41,957 nucleotides of DNA from Bacteroidota bacterium (GTDB lineage: Bacteria; Bacteroidota; Bacteroidia; Flavobacteriales_D; Crocinitomicaceae). Numbering within the stretch: position 1 is the first letter of the stretch; each line of letters starts with the position of its first letter. The notes below the pieces were generated by a model that did not search any database, was not told the origin of the DNA, and was given only the letters and a program-made list of their open reading frames with translations. Made by a program: the position numbers and the translations under genes. Positions 27,883-38,186 of this stretch are shown piece after piece. The stretch covers positions 1-41,957 of the forward strand of contig JBEGMB010000307.1 in assembly GCA_041183245.1 (NCBI GenBank), written 5' to 3'.

Positions 27883-29751
27883 ATGTATCTTTGTGCCTCC
27901 TTGAAAGACCTTAAAGAAATTATCAAGTATACGTTTGTATACAAAGGAATTGCAATACTCGTTGTTGTATGCAACTTGCTGTTCGTTATTTTCAATCTGC
28001 TTTCGCTGGTATTGTTTATCCCCGTATTGCAACTTATTTTTAGAGATCCTGCTGAGCTTGATATACCCGCGTACCCAAGCTCCCCGAATTCACTCCTAGA
28101 TTTTGGGACATTTCTGAAAGAGTTCTATCAGTTTCAAATGGCTTCTTTAGTCAAACATGACCCAAAATTTGCGCTCATCGTTGTTTGTTTAAGTGTTTTC
28201 ACGGCGTTTTTTCTCAAGAATCTGTTTAGATATGGCGCCGTTTGGTTTCAATCGGAATTACGCATGGCTGTTGTGAGAGATGTGCGAAATAAAATCTTTT
28301 ATAAATCACTTATCTTACCCCTTTCGTTTCATTCAAATGAGCGCCGAGGCGACATTATGGCACGAATGAACAGCGACGTTGGCGAGATTGAAATCGCTGT
28401 AGTTAGTATGCTTGAACTTATTTTTCGTGAGCCAATAGCAGTCATTATCAATGTGGTTACCTTAATTCTTCTAAGCCCAGAACTCACCTTGTTCTCCTTA
28501 TTTCTACTGCCGATTTCGGCCTTAGTTATTTCTCGAATAAATAAAAGCCTGAAAAAAACAGCCAAGCAAGGGCAAGAACAAACAGGAGTTTTATATTCAT
28601 CTATTGATGAAGCCCTCAATGGCATACGAATTATTAAGGCATTCAACGCGATTCAGTTCATTAAAAAACGCTTTGAAGTTGTTAACTTAAGGCATCAACA
28701 GCTTATTACTAAAACGTTTAGAAAAAAAGACCTTGCCCCCCTTATCAACGAAACCCTAGGCGCACTCATCATGCTATTACTTGTTTATTTTGGTGGGGTA
28801 TTGATTCTTAATCGTCAAAGCGACGGGCTTTCAGGAGAGGTTTTTCTCACCTTTGTAATTGTTTTTTCACAAATGCTCCGCCCGATTCAAGGCATATCAT
28901 CTGCACTTGCCAATTTAGCTAAAGCACGTGTTTCTTTAGATCGTATCAATGAAATTCTTGCACACGATGAGGTAATTAAAAATTCTCCGGATGCAATTAA
29001 GTTAAAAACCTTTGCGGATTCGATTTGTTTTGAAAACGTTTCATTTTCGTACAAATCAGACCTGGTGCTTAAAAACGTGTCTTTTACTATAAAAAAGGGT
29101 CAAACAATTGCCATAGTAGGCGAGTCGGGAAGTGGGAAATCTACACTCCTGGATTTAATTCCCAGATTTCATGATCCATCCAATGGCAACATAACGATTG
29201 ATGGAATAGACTTACGCTCCATTGATATCAATGATACACGGGAATTAATTGGAATCGTTGCACAAGACTCCTTACTGTTTAATGCCACCATTTTAGAAAA
29301 CATAGCTTTTGGTGATGAATCACCAGATATCAATCGAGCGATTACAGCTGCAAAGAATGCCAACGCCTTTGACTTTATTAGCGCGCTAGATGGCGAATTT
29401 GAATACAATGTTGGTGATCGAGGAAACAAACTTTCCGGAGGCCAAAAACAACGCATCAGCATCGCTCGTGCAATGTACAAAAACCCGGAAATCCTCTTGC
29501 TCGATGAAGCAACCTCAGCGCTAGACACGGAATCCGAAAGGCAAGTACAACTGGCATTAGATGCCATCATGAAAGGAAAAACAAGCATAGTCGTGGCGCA
29601 CCGATTAAGTACTATTATCAACGCGGACATTATCCTTGTTTTCAAAAAAGGTGAAATTGTAGAGACCGGCTCTCATAAAGAACTGCTTCAGCAAAAAGGA
29701 GAATATGCTCGGTTTTGTCAGCTGCAAGGCATAGGTATTGAAAATAATTAA
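27883..29751 (+). CDS. ABC transporter ATP-binding/permease protein (MsbA-like exporter)
   Basis: Six-TM exporter domain followed by a nucleotide-binding domain with Walker A GESGSGKST, signature LSGGQKQRI and Walker B LLLDEATSALD. The ORF-track start at 27736 overlaps rbfA and is rejected. The likely start is the ATG at 27883 or the TTG at 27901 (MKDLKEIIKY...). Confidence 0.9.
   Translation: MYLCASLKDLKEIIKYTFVYKGIAILVVVCNLLFVIFNLLSLVLFIPVLQLIFRDPAELDIPAYPSSPNSLLDFGTFLKEFYQFQMASLVKHDPKFALIVVCLSVFTAFFLKNLFRYGAVWFQSELRMAVVRDVRNKIFYKSLILPLSFHSNERRGDIMARMNSDVGEIEIAVVSMLELIFREPIAVIINVVTLILLSPELTLFSLFLLPISALVISRINKSLKKTAKQGQEQTGVLYSSIDEALNGIRIIKAFNAIQFIKKRFEVVNLRHQQLITKTFRKKDLAPLINETLGALIMLLLVYFGGVLILNRQSDGLSGEVFLTFVIVFSQMLRPIQGISSALANLAKARVSLDRINEILAHDEVIKNSPDAIKLKTFADSICFENVSFSYKSDLVLKNVSFTIKKGQTIAIVGESGSGKSTLLDLIPRFHDPSNGNITIDGIDLRSIDINDTRELIGIVAQDSLLFNATILENIAFGDESPDINRAITAAKNANAFDFISALDGEFEYNVGDRGNKLSGGQKQRISIARAMYKNPEILLLDEATSALDTESERQVQLALDAIMKGKTSIVVAHRLSTIINADIILVFKKGEIVETGSHKELLQQKGEYARFCQLQGIGIENN
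27886..27893 (+). promoter_or_regulatory. -7 box TATCTTTG in the rbfA/ABC divergent region
   Basis: Exact TAnnTTTG match. The same octamer occurs upstream of the tRNA and of the acyl-CoA dehydrogenase gene. Its position argues for the TTG start at 27901. Confidence 0.35.
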
Positions 29752-29801
29752 AAAAAGGCTTAACTTTTACCAACGTTTTTCGTTTTCTTTCGTTGAATTC
29801 T

Positions 29802-32192
29802 ATGATGAGGGCTTGGCACATTTTATTGGCTTTAATTTTTCTGCTAAAACTAAACCATGGCCTCTGTCAGCTAGTTACTGCAAGCGGACAAGCCCCGCAA
29901 GGATTAGTACAAAATGTGTTAATTGGTCCGGGAGTTACTGTCAGTAACATTTTATACAATGGAAGCCCAACGGCCATTGGATCATTTACTGCAGCCGGAA
30001 CAAATCTGGGTATAACACAAGGCATTGTAATGACAACGGGTACCATTATGAATAACGGCGCCGGACCTCAGGGTCCAAACAATGCCGCTTCCGCTGGAAC
30101 AGATAACAACATGCCGGGTTCAGGAATCCTTTCTGGAATCATTCAAGGAACCCAAACGTATAATGCGGCAACGCTTGAATTTGATTTTATCCCGTATGCG
30201 GACACCGTAAGATTCAAATATGTGTTTGGTTCAGAAGAATATCCTGAATTTGCACCACCAAATAATTCAACCTATAATGATGTTTTTGGTTTCTTCATTT
30301 CCGGCCCGGGGATAGCGGGACTGCAAAATATTGCGCAGCTTCCAAATGGTGGTGGCGTAGTTTCGATAAATAATGTAAATGCAATTACCAATTCGATATA
30401 TTATAATTCCAATGGCGATGGAACAATGGCCCCGTACAACACTTCTCCAAATTATATTCAATATGATGGATTCACAGATGTACTAGAAGCTGTTTCGGCG
30501 GTACAATGTGGTCAAACATACCACTTAATCCTTGCCATTGCAGACGTTGGTGATGGTTCATGGGACTCTGGGATTTTTTTAGAAGCCAACAGTTTAAGTT
30601 CAAAAACTCCGGTTGATGTAAGTGCCACCATTTCTCAACAAGTGTTCCCTAATCCCGATTGGATGGCGGAAGGCTGTGTTTCAGCTACGGTAACGGTAAC
30701 GCGTCAAAGCAACATAAACAGCGCGCTTTCAATTCCTTTATCGGTTACTGGTTCTGCTACCCAAGGGGTTGATTATTCCGGAATACCCAATGCCGTAAAT
30801 TTTAGTCCCGGCCAGGCTGTTTACACGTTTCAAATCAATGTAACTGCAGATAATTTTGCGGAAGGACTCGAGACCATAATTCTCAATTTCAACGTGGCTG
30901 ACCCCTGCGGGAATGTCACCCCAATTCCATTAACCCTGTATATCCAAGATGTTCCGCCGTTAACGCTTAGCCTTAATGATACCACCTTGTTATGTCCGAA
31001 CCAACCCATAAGTTTAACAGCATTAATTAGCGGAGGAGTTCAGCCATACACCTATCTTTGGAGCACAGGAGCAACTACAGCAGCTATTTCATTTACTGCG
31101 CAGTCGTCGCAAACCATTTATGTACAGGTTACCGATAATTGCACCGGGCTTACACTAACAGATTCAGCCTTGGTGAGCGTTCCAGTTTTTCCTCCACTCT
31201 CCATTTCGCTTTCACCCGATGTTACCGAAATTTGCCCCTATCTTACCCATACCTTTTACAGTACCGTTATCGGCGGGAATGGAAACTATACCTATGCTTG
31301 GAGAACCCTTGGTTCAAATTCAGTGCTATCAACCGCAGATAGCCTAAGCGTTACGCCAAGCAGCACAAACAGCTACGTTTTTACCGTAACAGACGGATGT
31401 GGAAACATTGCCCGTGATACCGTAACCTATACCATAACAAGCCCTCCACTCTTATTAAACATGACACCAACACAATATATCTGTCCGGGAGACAGTGCCT
31501 TTGTAAGTGTGATTGCGAGTGGTGGTTATGGAAACTACTACTATTTATGGCCATCGAACGGTGCTACAACTCCTGGGATTTGGGTTTACCCTGGCAGCAC
31601 CAACAGCTATCAAGTATTGGTGTCTGATGAATGTCAGTCATTCAATGTCAGTGGATTTAGTCAAGTTCAGATTGTTAAACCCGTCGCGGACTTCACTATT
31701 TTAACCACAAATCCAACAGAAAATTTACCTACCTCCTTTTACAACCTGACGCAAAATGGCTTTGGATACCAATGGTTTTTTGGAGATGGTAGTGGTTCAT
31801 ATGAAGTTCATCCAACACACACCTTCTCTCCAAATGGGGAATATTTAATTACTTTAATTGCTACCGACATGAATGGCTGTGTTGATAGCATTACCAAACC
31901 GATTTACATTCAAGAGGAATTCTATATTTACATTCCTAATACATTTATTCCGGATGAAAACCGAATCAACGATGTGTTTTCAGGTAGCTTTATTGGCGTA
32001 GAATGGATAAATATTGAGGTGTTTAATCGATGGGGAGAGCGCCTGTTTTTCTCCGATCAACTGGATTTTAAATGGGATGGAACATATAACGGCGCGAAGG
32101 TTCCTGACGGTGTGTACACCTGGAAACTTATATACCGAAGAAACCGAGGGCAAGAACAACAACTGACGGGGCACATCACCGTGATAAAATAG
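29802..32192 (+). CDS. choice-of-anchor L / Ig-like repeat / PKD protein with a gliding-motility C-terminal (CHU_C, T9SS type B) domain
   Basis: Signal peptide (MMRAWHILLALIFLL). The N-terminal string LVQNVLIGPGVTVSNILYNGSPTAIGSF is typical of choice-of-anchor L. Four GG..PYTYLW-type repeats and a PKD-like module (FGDGSGSYEVHPTHTFSPNGEYLITLIATDMNGC) follow. The C-terminus reads IPNTFIPDENRINDVF...VFNRWGERLF. Confidence 0.8.
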   Translation: MMRAWHILLALIFLLKLNHGLCQLVTASGQAPQGLVQNVLIGPGVTVSNILYNGSPTAIGSFTAAGTNLGITQGIVMTTGTIMNNGAGPQGPNNAASAGTDNNMPGSGILSGIIQGTQTYNAATLEFDFIPYADTVRFKYVFGSEEYPEFAPPNNSTYNDVFGFFISGPGIAGLQNIAQLPNGGGVVSINNVNAITNSIYYNSNGDGTMAPYNTSPNYIQYDGFTDVLEAVSAVQCGQTYHLILAIADVGDGSWDSGIFLEANSLSSKTPVDVSATISQQVFPNPDWMAEGCVSATVTVTRQSNINSALSIPLSVTGSATQGVDYSGIPNAVNFSPGQAVYTFQINVTADNFAEGLETIILNFNVADPCGNVTPIPLTLYIQDVPPLTLSLNDTTLLCPNQPISLTALISGGVQPYTYLWSTGATTAAISFTAQSSQTIYVQVTDNCTGLTLTDSALVSVPVFPPLSISLSPDVTEICPYLTHTFYSTVIGGNGNYTYAWRTLGSNSVLSTADSLSVTPSSTNSYVFTVTDGCGNIARDTVTYTITSPPLLLNMTPTQYICPGDSAFVSVIASGGYGNYYYLWPSNGATTPGIWVYPGSTNSYQVLVSDECQSFNVSGFSQVQIVKPVADFTILTTNPTENLPTSFYNLTQNGFGYQWFFGDGSGSYEVHPTHTFSPNGEYLITLIATDMNGCVDSITKPIYIQEEFYIYIPNTFIPDENRINDVFSGSFIGVEWINIEVFNRWGERLFFSDQLDFKWDGTYNGAKVPDGVYTWKLIYRRNRGQEQQLTGHITVIK

Positions 32193-32240
32193 TGTAATTC
32201 ACCCAAGAATACCGAGAGTTATTGTAACTTCGCACTTACT

Positions 32241-34037
32241 ATGAAGAACATACGTAATTTTTGCATTATTGCCCATATTGATCACGGGAAAAGTACACTT
32301 GCTGACCGATTATTACAAGCGACCAACACCATTTCTGATCGAGAAATGCAAGATCAAGCGCTCGATGATATGGACCTTGAGCGCGAGCGAGGCATTACCA
32401 TAAAAAGCCATGCGATTCAAATGAATTATCAGCACAATGGCGAAGATTACATCTTAAATTTAATTGATACCCCAGGGCACGTTGACTTTTCATATGAAGT
32501 TTCTCGTTCCATTGCCGCTTGTGAAGGTGCCTTGCTTATCGTTGATGCAACCCAAGGAATTGAAGCACAAACCATTTCTAATTTATATTTAGCGTTAGAA
32601 CATGATTTAGAAATAATTCCCATTCTAAATAAAATGGACCTTCCGAGTGCTATGCCCGAGGAGGTTTCTGACCAAATTATCGAGCTTATTGGGTGCAAAC
32701 CAGAAGAAATTATACCTGCTTCAGGAAAAACCGGATTGGGGGTTGATCAAATTCTAGATGCCGTTATCAATCGGATTCCATGCCCAAAAGGCGACGAAGA
32801 AGCACCCCTGCAGGCCATGATTTTCGACTCTGTATTTAACTCCTTCCGCGGAATTATTGCGTATTATCGGGTAAGAAATGGCGTAATTAAAAAGGGGCAA
32901 AAAGTTCGCTTCTTTAATACCGGGAAAGACTACAACGCTGATGAAATCGGCATTCTGAAAATGGATCTTGTTCCCAAAAAAGAAGTTAGAGCAGGAGATG
33001 TGGGTTATATAATTTCCGGAATAAAAGCAGCGAATGAAGTCAAAGTTGGAGATACAATTACTACAGCCGAACGTCCATGTGATTCAGCAATCAAAGGGTT
33101 TGAAGATGTGAAGCCCATGGTATTTGCCGGAATCTATCCCGTGGATAATGAAGATTACGAAGAGCTTCGGTACTCGATGGAGAAATTGCAATTAAATGAT
33201 TCTTCCCTTGTTTTCGAACCTGAATCATCCGCTGCGTTAGGTTTTGGATTTCGTTGTGGGTTTTTAGGTATGCTTCACATGGAAATTATCCAAGAACGCC
33301 TTGAACGGGAATTCAACATGACCGTTATTACCACGGTTCCCAATGTATCCTATCACACCTACATGAAGCGAGATGTAGAAGCTAGGCTTATCGTTAATAA
33401 CCCTTCTGAATTGCCTGATCCCGCCGGAGTAGATCGTATTGAAGAACCCTATATAAAAGCACAAGTCATTACAAAATCTGAATTTGTGGGTTCCATTATG
33501 ACCTTATGTATTGAAAAGCGAGGTGATCTAAAGAATCAAGTATATCTTACACAAGATCGCGTTGAAATCACCTTTGAAATGCCCCTTGCAGAAATTGTAT
33601 TTGATTTTTACGACCGCTTAAAAACGGTTTCTAAAGGCTATGCCTCGTTCGACTATCACCCAATAGGATATAAAGAATCCGACTTGGTTAAAATGGACTT
33701 ACTTCTCAATGGAGAACAAGTAGATGCCTTATCTGCATTAGTTCACCGAAGTAATGCATTTGACTTAGGTAAAAAAATCTGCATTAAACTGCGTGAGTTA
33801 ATCCCAAGGCAACAATTTGAAATCCCTATTCAAGCAGCGATAGGTGCGAAAGTCATTGCCCGGGAGACCATCAAGGCTCTAAGAAAAGATGTTACCGCCA
33901 AATGTTATGGTGGTGATATCACGAGAAAACGAAAATTATTAGAGAAACAAAAAGCTGGAAAAAAACGTATGCGCCAAGTAGGTCGGGTAGAGGTGCCTCA
34001 GGAAGCCTTTCTCGCTGTATTAAAATTAAACGATTAA
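32241..34037 (+). CDS. lepA: translation elongation factor 4
   Basis: 598 aa. Has the G1 motif [15 protein letters not shown], plus DTPGHVDF and NKMD, and the LepA-specific C-terminus ([22 protein letters not shown]). Confidence 0.97.
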   Translation: MKNIRNFCIIAHIDHGKSTLADRLLQATNTISDREMQDQALDDMDLERERGITIKSHAIQMNYQHNGEDYILNLIDTPGHVDFSYEVSRSIAACEGALLIVDATQGIEAQTISNLYLALEHDLEIIPILNKMDLPSAMPEEVSDQIIELIGCKPEEIIPASGKTGLGVDQILDAVINRIPCPKGDEEAPLQAMIFDSVFNSFRGIIAYYRVRNGVIKKGQKVRFFNTGKDYNADEIGILKMDLVPKKEVRAGDVGYIISGIKAANEVKVGDTITTAERPCDSAIKGFEDVKPMVFAGIYPVDNEDYEELRYSMEKLQLNDSSLVFEPESSAALGFGFRCGFLGMLHMEIIQERLEREFNMTVITTVPNVSYHTYMKRDVEARLIVNNPSELPDPAGVDRIEEPYIKAQVITKSEFVGSIMTLCIEKRGDLKNQVYLTQDRVEITFEMPLAEIVFDFYDRLKTVSKGYASFDYHPIGYKESDLVKMDLLLNGEQVDALSALVHRSNAFDLGKKICIKLRELIPRQQFEIPIQAAIGAKVIARETIKALRKDVTAKCYGGDITRKRKLLEKQKAGKKRMRQVGRVEVPQEAFLAVLKLND

Positions 34038-34046
34038 TTTAGAATT

Positions 34047-34484
34047 ATGTACGAAATATTAAAACACACGCACTCTGGTTTACGATGGGTTGCCCTAATT
34101 TTAATCTTATGGGCAATATTTAATTCCATAACAGCTAAAGAATTTACCAAACGTGAGAAGTTGGTTAATCTCTTTTCTATGGTTAGTCTTCATACTCAGC
34201 TTATTTTGGGGCTGATCCTTTATTTCATTTCGGATAAAGTTAAATTCTTTGATGGTTGGATGAAAGAGCCAACGGGCATCTACCGTTTCTATGGCATGGA
34301 ACATTTGGCTGGAATGGTAATTGCTATCGCATTAATCACCGTAGGGTATGTGAAATCTAAAAAAGGAACTACCCCAGCAGAGATTTATAAGCCGATTAAA
34401 CTATTTTATATTATTGGATTGATATTAATTCTTGCAAGTATTCCATGGCCGTTTCGAGCAAATTTGGGTGGAGCTTGGTTCTAA
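34047..34484 (+). CDS. small 4-TM membrane protein, possibly cytochrome b-like
   Basis: 145 aa with four hydrophobic helices carrying His residues (KHTHSGLRW, SLHTQL, MEHLAG). Its stop overlaps the start of a c-type cytochrome gene (TAATG). Confidence 0.45.
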   Translation: MYEILKHTHSGLRWVALILILWAIFNSITAKEFTKREKLVNLFSMVSLHTQLILGLILYFISDKVKFFDGWMKEPTGIYRFYGMEHLAGMVIAIALITVGYVKSKKGTTPAEIYKPIKLFYIIGLILILASIPWPFRANLGGAWF

Positions 34485-34777
34485 TGGCAAGTGTTTTATT
34501 TGCTTGTAACGAATCAACCCCTACATCCCCTTCCCCAAAGAAAACTATTCCCCTTGGTGAAGAACTTTATTTATCGCACTGTGCAAGTTGTCATGGCGAA
34601 GCAGGAGATTTAGGTGTGTCCGGCGCAAAAAATCTTAAGACAACTACCTTAAATCTAAAAGAAATAAAACAAATGATTAAAACAGGTAAGAATGCCATGC
34701 CGAGTTTTAGTGGAGTCCTGGGGTCAACCGAACGAATTGACTCCGTAGCCTACTATGTAACTACCTTACACCAATAA
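34484..34777 (+). CDS. class I c-type cytochrome lipoprotein
   Basis: 97 aa counted from the ATG at 34484. It has a lipobox-like LFAC, the heme-binding motif CASCH and a distal Met (KNAMPSF). Confidence 0.8.
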   Translation: MASVLFACNESTPTSPSPKKTIPLGEELYLSHCASCHGEAGDLGVSGAKNLKTTTLNLKEIKQMIKTGKNAMPSFSGVLGSTERIDSVAYYVTTLHQ

Positions 34778-35929
34778 ATGGCACACGCAACCATTGAAGA
34801 GATTGAAGAGCGCTGCTTATTAGTAGGGGTAATACATGGCGGTGTTGACGAGCGGTTAGCACACGAGTACTTAGATGAATTAGCATTCTTGGCAGAAACA
34901 GCAGGAGCACGGGCAGAATTTGCTTTTACGCAAAAACTACCCTTTCCAAACCCTAGGACCTACGTAGGGGAAGGAAAATTACAAGAGATTAAAATGTATG
35001 CCGATACCCATAACATCGATGCAATCATTTTTGATGACGAACTAAGTCCGTCGCAACTTAGAAACATAGAACGAGAACTCAATAGAAAAATCATTGATCG
35101 AAGTATTCTAATCTTGGATATTTTTGCCAAACGAGCACGTACCTTCCACGCTAAAACGCAAGTTGAGTTAGCACAATTACAGTATATGCTACCGCGATTA
35201 ACGCGCATGTGGACCCACCTTGAACGACAAAAAGGAGGGATTGGAATGCGAGGCCCCGGTGAATCTCAAATTGAGACCGACAGAAGGATTATTCAGCAAC
35301 GCATTGCCTTAATGAAAGAGCGCTTGAAAGAAATAGACAAGCAAATGACCATTCAACGAGGTAATCGAGGTCAATTAGTTAGAGTCGCCCTAGTTGGATA
35401 TACTAACGTAGGTAAAAGCACCTTAATGAATTTGATTTCAAAGTCTGAGGTATTTGCTGAAAACAAACTATTTGCCACGCTCGACACCACGGTACGAAAG
35501 GTGGTTATCGACAATCTGCCCTTTTTGCTTACCGATACGGTGGGATTCATACGGAAGCTCCCAAAACAATTACTAGAGTCTTTCAAGTCTACCTTGGATG
35601 AAGTCCGTGAAGCAGACTTATTGGTGCATGTATTGGATTTATCGCATCCAAATTTCGAGGATCATTTTGAAACTGTTAATACCACCTTACAAGAAATTGA
35701 CAAGGAAGAGAAACCGACGATTATTGTATTTAATAAAATTGATTCACTAAGTGAAGAGGTTTCTTTGGATGAATTAAAGCGAACCTGGATGGCTCGTTTG
35801 AGTGGGCGCCCGTGTATTTTTATTTCCGCAGTCGACAAAACAAATATTGATGAATTAAAGCACGTACTTTATCAAGAGGTTCAACGCATTTTCAAAGTAC
35901 GATACCCGTACAATGATTTCCTTTATTGA
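34778..35929 (+). CDS. hflX: GTPase HflX
   Basis: 383 aa with the HflX N-domain, plus G1 GYTNVGKSTLMN, DTVGFI and NKID. Confidence 0.93.
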   Translation: MAHATIEEIEERCLLVGVIHGGVDERLAHEYLDELAFLAETAGARAEFAFTQKLPFPNPRTYVGEGKLQEIKMYADTHNIDAIIFDDELSPSQLRNIERELNRKIIDRSILILDIFAKRARTFHAKTQVELAQLQYMLPRLTRMWTHLERQKGGIGMRGPGESQIETDRRIIQQRIALMKERLKEIDKQMTIQRGNRGQLVRVALVGYTNVGKSTLMNLISKSEVFAENKLFATLDTTVRKVVIDNLPFLLTDTVGFIRKLPKQLLESFKSTLDEVREADLLVHVLDLSHPNFEDHFETVNTTLQEIDKEEKPTIIVFNKIDSLSEEVSLDELKRTWMARLSGRPCIFISAVDKTNIDELKHVLYQEVQRIFKVRYPYNDFLY

Positions 35930-35940
35930 GGTAGTAGCAT

Positions 35941-35965
35941 AAAAAAAGGGGCCGAAGCCCCTTTT
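35941..35965. terminator. bidirectional rho-independent terminator between convergent genes
   Basis: AAAAAAA-GGGGC-CGAA-GCCCC-TTTT, with a U-tract available on both strands. Confidence 0.65.
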
Positions 35966-35985
35966 CCATTGAATTCAATGAGTTC

Positions 35986-37449
35986 TTATCGAACAACAAC
36001 TGATTTAGTAGTTGTAAATCCATTAGAAGCAATACGAACGATGTAATTTCCTTTTGCCATGTTTTCAGTAGCGAAAGAAACTACTTGAGTTCCGTTTACA
36101 TTGTTAACTACTTGAGAAGCAATCACACGACCTTGAATATCCAATACATCAACACTGTAATCTGCATTTGCTGCTTCAAAAGAAACGTTAATTGCATCAG
36201 TAGCAGGGTTAGGGTAAACATTCATTGCTGCGAAATTCTCTTCGTTGATTCCAAGTGCTCCAGTTTTGAACGGTTTCTTTTCAGAATCACCAAATTCTCC
36301 ACCACTTAACAATGTTGCACCTGTAGCATCAGTCACTGAATATGCACCATTTCCGTATTGACAGCAAATTCCATCACCATACGCATCTAGAATTTCGAAA
36401 TCATAACACTGATTTGCACTTAATGTTACCTGAACTGGTGTTTGGACTGTTTGTGTAGCTTGTTGCCCTGTTGCATCTTGCCAGTTTCCACCGCCTGAAG
36501 CTACTGTTGTTCCAGATGAATTTTTGATGGTCCAAGAAGTCTCAGAAGCATAATAATCTGTTGTAATGTTTACAGTTACATATTGAGATGCTGCCATTAA
36601 CGCGGTTGCTACAGTTGCTGTAACATCATTGTTAGTTGCCGAAGCATCACCAGTAGTTGTAACAGAAACGTTTAATGCTCCACCAGTAAAGTTAGCAATG
36701 GCTGAACAAGTAACGTTTGCAGTACCATAGGTCGCCAAGTTACCAGAATATGTTCCAGTTGAAACCGTATTTCCACCTTGTGTAATTGTTACTGTAGCAG
36801 AAGTTAATGGCGAAGTACCATTGTTTTGAATTTGAACAGACGGTGTGTAAGAACCTTCACAATGGGTTAGACTTCCTAAATAAGAAAGTGCCGCCACATC
36901 TGCAGGGTTCGATGCAGGAGGGGGACATTGACCTAATAATGAAGTTAAGTTCGCTACCGTTCCAATTGCACCAGCAACACCAGAAGCAACGATCACACGG
37001 TTCGGACAAATCACATACATTTCTGGGAAATAGTCGATTGTCATTCCTGAATTCTCGAAAGAAGCTTGATTCGCTAAGTCGATAATTGGCATGTTTTCAC
37101 CTGTAACCCAATCTCCTTGAGTGTTAGCTCCTGTTCCATTAAGATCCGCTGCATTGGTTTGTGGGTCTCCTTCTACGAAAAACACCATTGCTTGGTTTGT
37201 CCCTGAAGGACCAAATTGATTGTAGAAGTTATTCAATGCTCCTGTGTTGTGGTATGACCAACAAGGCCCACACCATGTAGCAGATACATCAATAACTACC
37301 ATTTTACCTTGATCAAGGTAATCGAATAAAGAATGAGAAGTTCCGTTGATGTCAGTCAACGTGAAATTGCTCACTACGGTACCAACTGGGGTTTGTGCAT
37401 AAGATGCAACTCCGGTAAGTACAGCCAAAGAGAATAACAATTTTTTCAT
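35986..37449 (-). CDS. T9SS-secreted thioredoxin-fold protein
   Basis: The signal peptide MKKLLFSLAVLTGVASYAQ starts at the ATG at 37449 (the ORF-track start at 37611 is over-extended). It has a thioredoxin-like motif (VVIDVSATWCGPCW), T/S/N-rich beta modules and a Cys-rich module (CYDFEILDAYGDGICCQYGNGAYSV). The C-terminus is a type A sorting domain (MNVYPNPATDAINVSF...NYIVRI). Confidence 0.8.
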   Translation of the reverse strand: MKKLLFSLAVLTGVASYAQTPVGTVVSNFTLTDINGTSHSLFDYLDQGKMVVIDVSATWCGPCWSYHNTGALNNFYNQFGPSGTNQAMVFFVEGDPQTNAADLNGTGANTQGDWVTGENMPIIDLANQASFENSGMTIDYFPEMYVICPNRVIVASGVAGAIGTVANLTSLLGQCPPPASNPADVAALSYLGSLTHCEGSYTPSVQIQNNGTSPLTSATVTITQGGNTVSTGTYSGNLATYGTANVTCSAIANFTGGALNVSVTTTGDASATNNDVTATVATALMAASQYVTVNITTDYYASETSWTIKNSSGTTVASGGGNWQDATGQQATQTVQTPVQVTLSANQCYDFEILDAYGDGICCQYGNGAYSVTDATGATLLSGGEFGDSEKKPFKTGALGINEENFAAMNVYPNPATDAINVSFEAANADYSVDVLDIQGRVIASQVVNNVNGTQVVSFATENMAKGNYIVRIASNGFTTTKSVVVR

Positions 37450-37460
37450 CGTGTAAATTT

Positions 37461-37468
37461 TAAGTTTG
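37461..37468 (+). promoter_or_regulatory. -7 box TAAGTTTG upstream of the Sir2 gene
   Basis: Exact TAnnTTTG match, 26 nt upstream of the ATG at 37494. Confidence 0.35.
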
Positions 37469-37493
37469 CGTAAATTTAATGTTTCTTTCCGAA

Positions 37494-38186
37494 ATGATAA
37501 AAAAAATTGTTGTTTTTTCTGGGGCCGGAATGAGTGCAGAAAGTGGCATTCAAACCTTTCGAGATAAGGGTGGATTATGGGAGCAATATCGGATTGAAGA
37601 TGTTGCAACACCAGAAGCCTGGAATCGTGACCCAGGGCTAGTTACCCGGTTTTACAATGAACGCAGAAAACAAATCATTGCAACAAGCCCCAATGAAGCA
37701 CATCTTTTAATTCAGCGTCTTGAATCAGATTTTGATGTTACCGTAATCACTCAAAATATCGACGACCTTCATGAACGCGCGGGAAGCAGTAAGGTGATTC
37801 ACTTGCATGGAAATATTCGGTTCTCAAAATCAAGCGGTCCAAATCAAGAGGCAAAATACTACCCCATTGATTCTTGGGAATTAACAGAAGTTGATTGTTG
37901 TCCTGACGGATATCGCTTAAGGCCTCATGTGGTTTGGTTTGGCGAAGCAGTCCCGATGCTTGATGAAGCAGAACAACTGATTTCATCAGCAGATGTGGTT
38001 ATTATTATTGGAACTTCGCTTCGTGTATACCCGGCAGCGGGGCTGATTCATTACATAAAGAACGGTAGCAAGGCCTATTTAATTGATCCAAATGCACACA
38101 ATCTAACACTGCCTAATGGGATTGAAGCGATAAATGAATCGGCTGTAAAAGGAATGAAATCTCTTTACGAGAAGCTTACTTCTTAA
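37494..38186 (+). CDS. cobB: NAD-dependent protein deacylase (Sir2 family, short form)
   Basis: Carries MIKKIVVFSGAGMSAESGIQTFR, QNIDDLHERAG, HLHGN and RPHVVWFGE. An alternative start is the ATG at 37479. It lacks the CxxC...CxxC zinc tetrad. Confidence 0.88.
   Translation: MIKKIVVFSGAGMSAESGIQTFRDKGGLWEQYRIEDVATPEAWNRDPGLVTRFYNERRKQIIATSPNEAHLLIQRLESDFDVTVITQNIDDLHERAGSSKVIHLHGNIRFSKSSGPNQEAKYYPIDSWELTEVDCCPDGYRLRPHVVWFGEAVPMLDEAEQLISSADVVIIIGTSLRVYPAAGLIHYIKNGSKAYLIDPNAHNLTLPNGIEAINESAVKGMKSLYEKLTS

Noticed and set aside
29169-29645. 158-aa antisense ORF inside the ABC nucleotide-binding domain, together with similar antisense or alternate-frame ORFs at 251-595, 2548-2796, 10279-10614, 22294-22638, 23354-23692, 26512-26793, 28329-28646, 36807-37085 and 37747-37986
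   Set aside because: Each is fully embedded in a well-supported gene on the opposite strand or in another frame. They have low-complexity or odd composition and no independent start or terminator signals, so they are typical shadow ORFs.
29738-29947. 69-aa plus-strand ORF overlapping the end of the ABC gene and the start of the choice-of-anchor-L gene
   Set aside because: It is in an alternate frame spanning an intergenic region and the signal-peptide region of a well-supported gene. I have no supporting signals for it.
37494-38186. Sir2-domain protein, considered as a possible anti-phage defence effector (Thoeris, DSR or SIR2-HerA type)
   Set aside because: It is a short stand-alone CobB-like deacylase with the standard GAG.S.ESGI.TFR, QNID.LH and HG motifs. 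It has no fused sensor domain and no partner genes; its neighbours are housekeeping genes.
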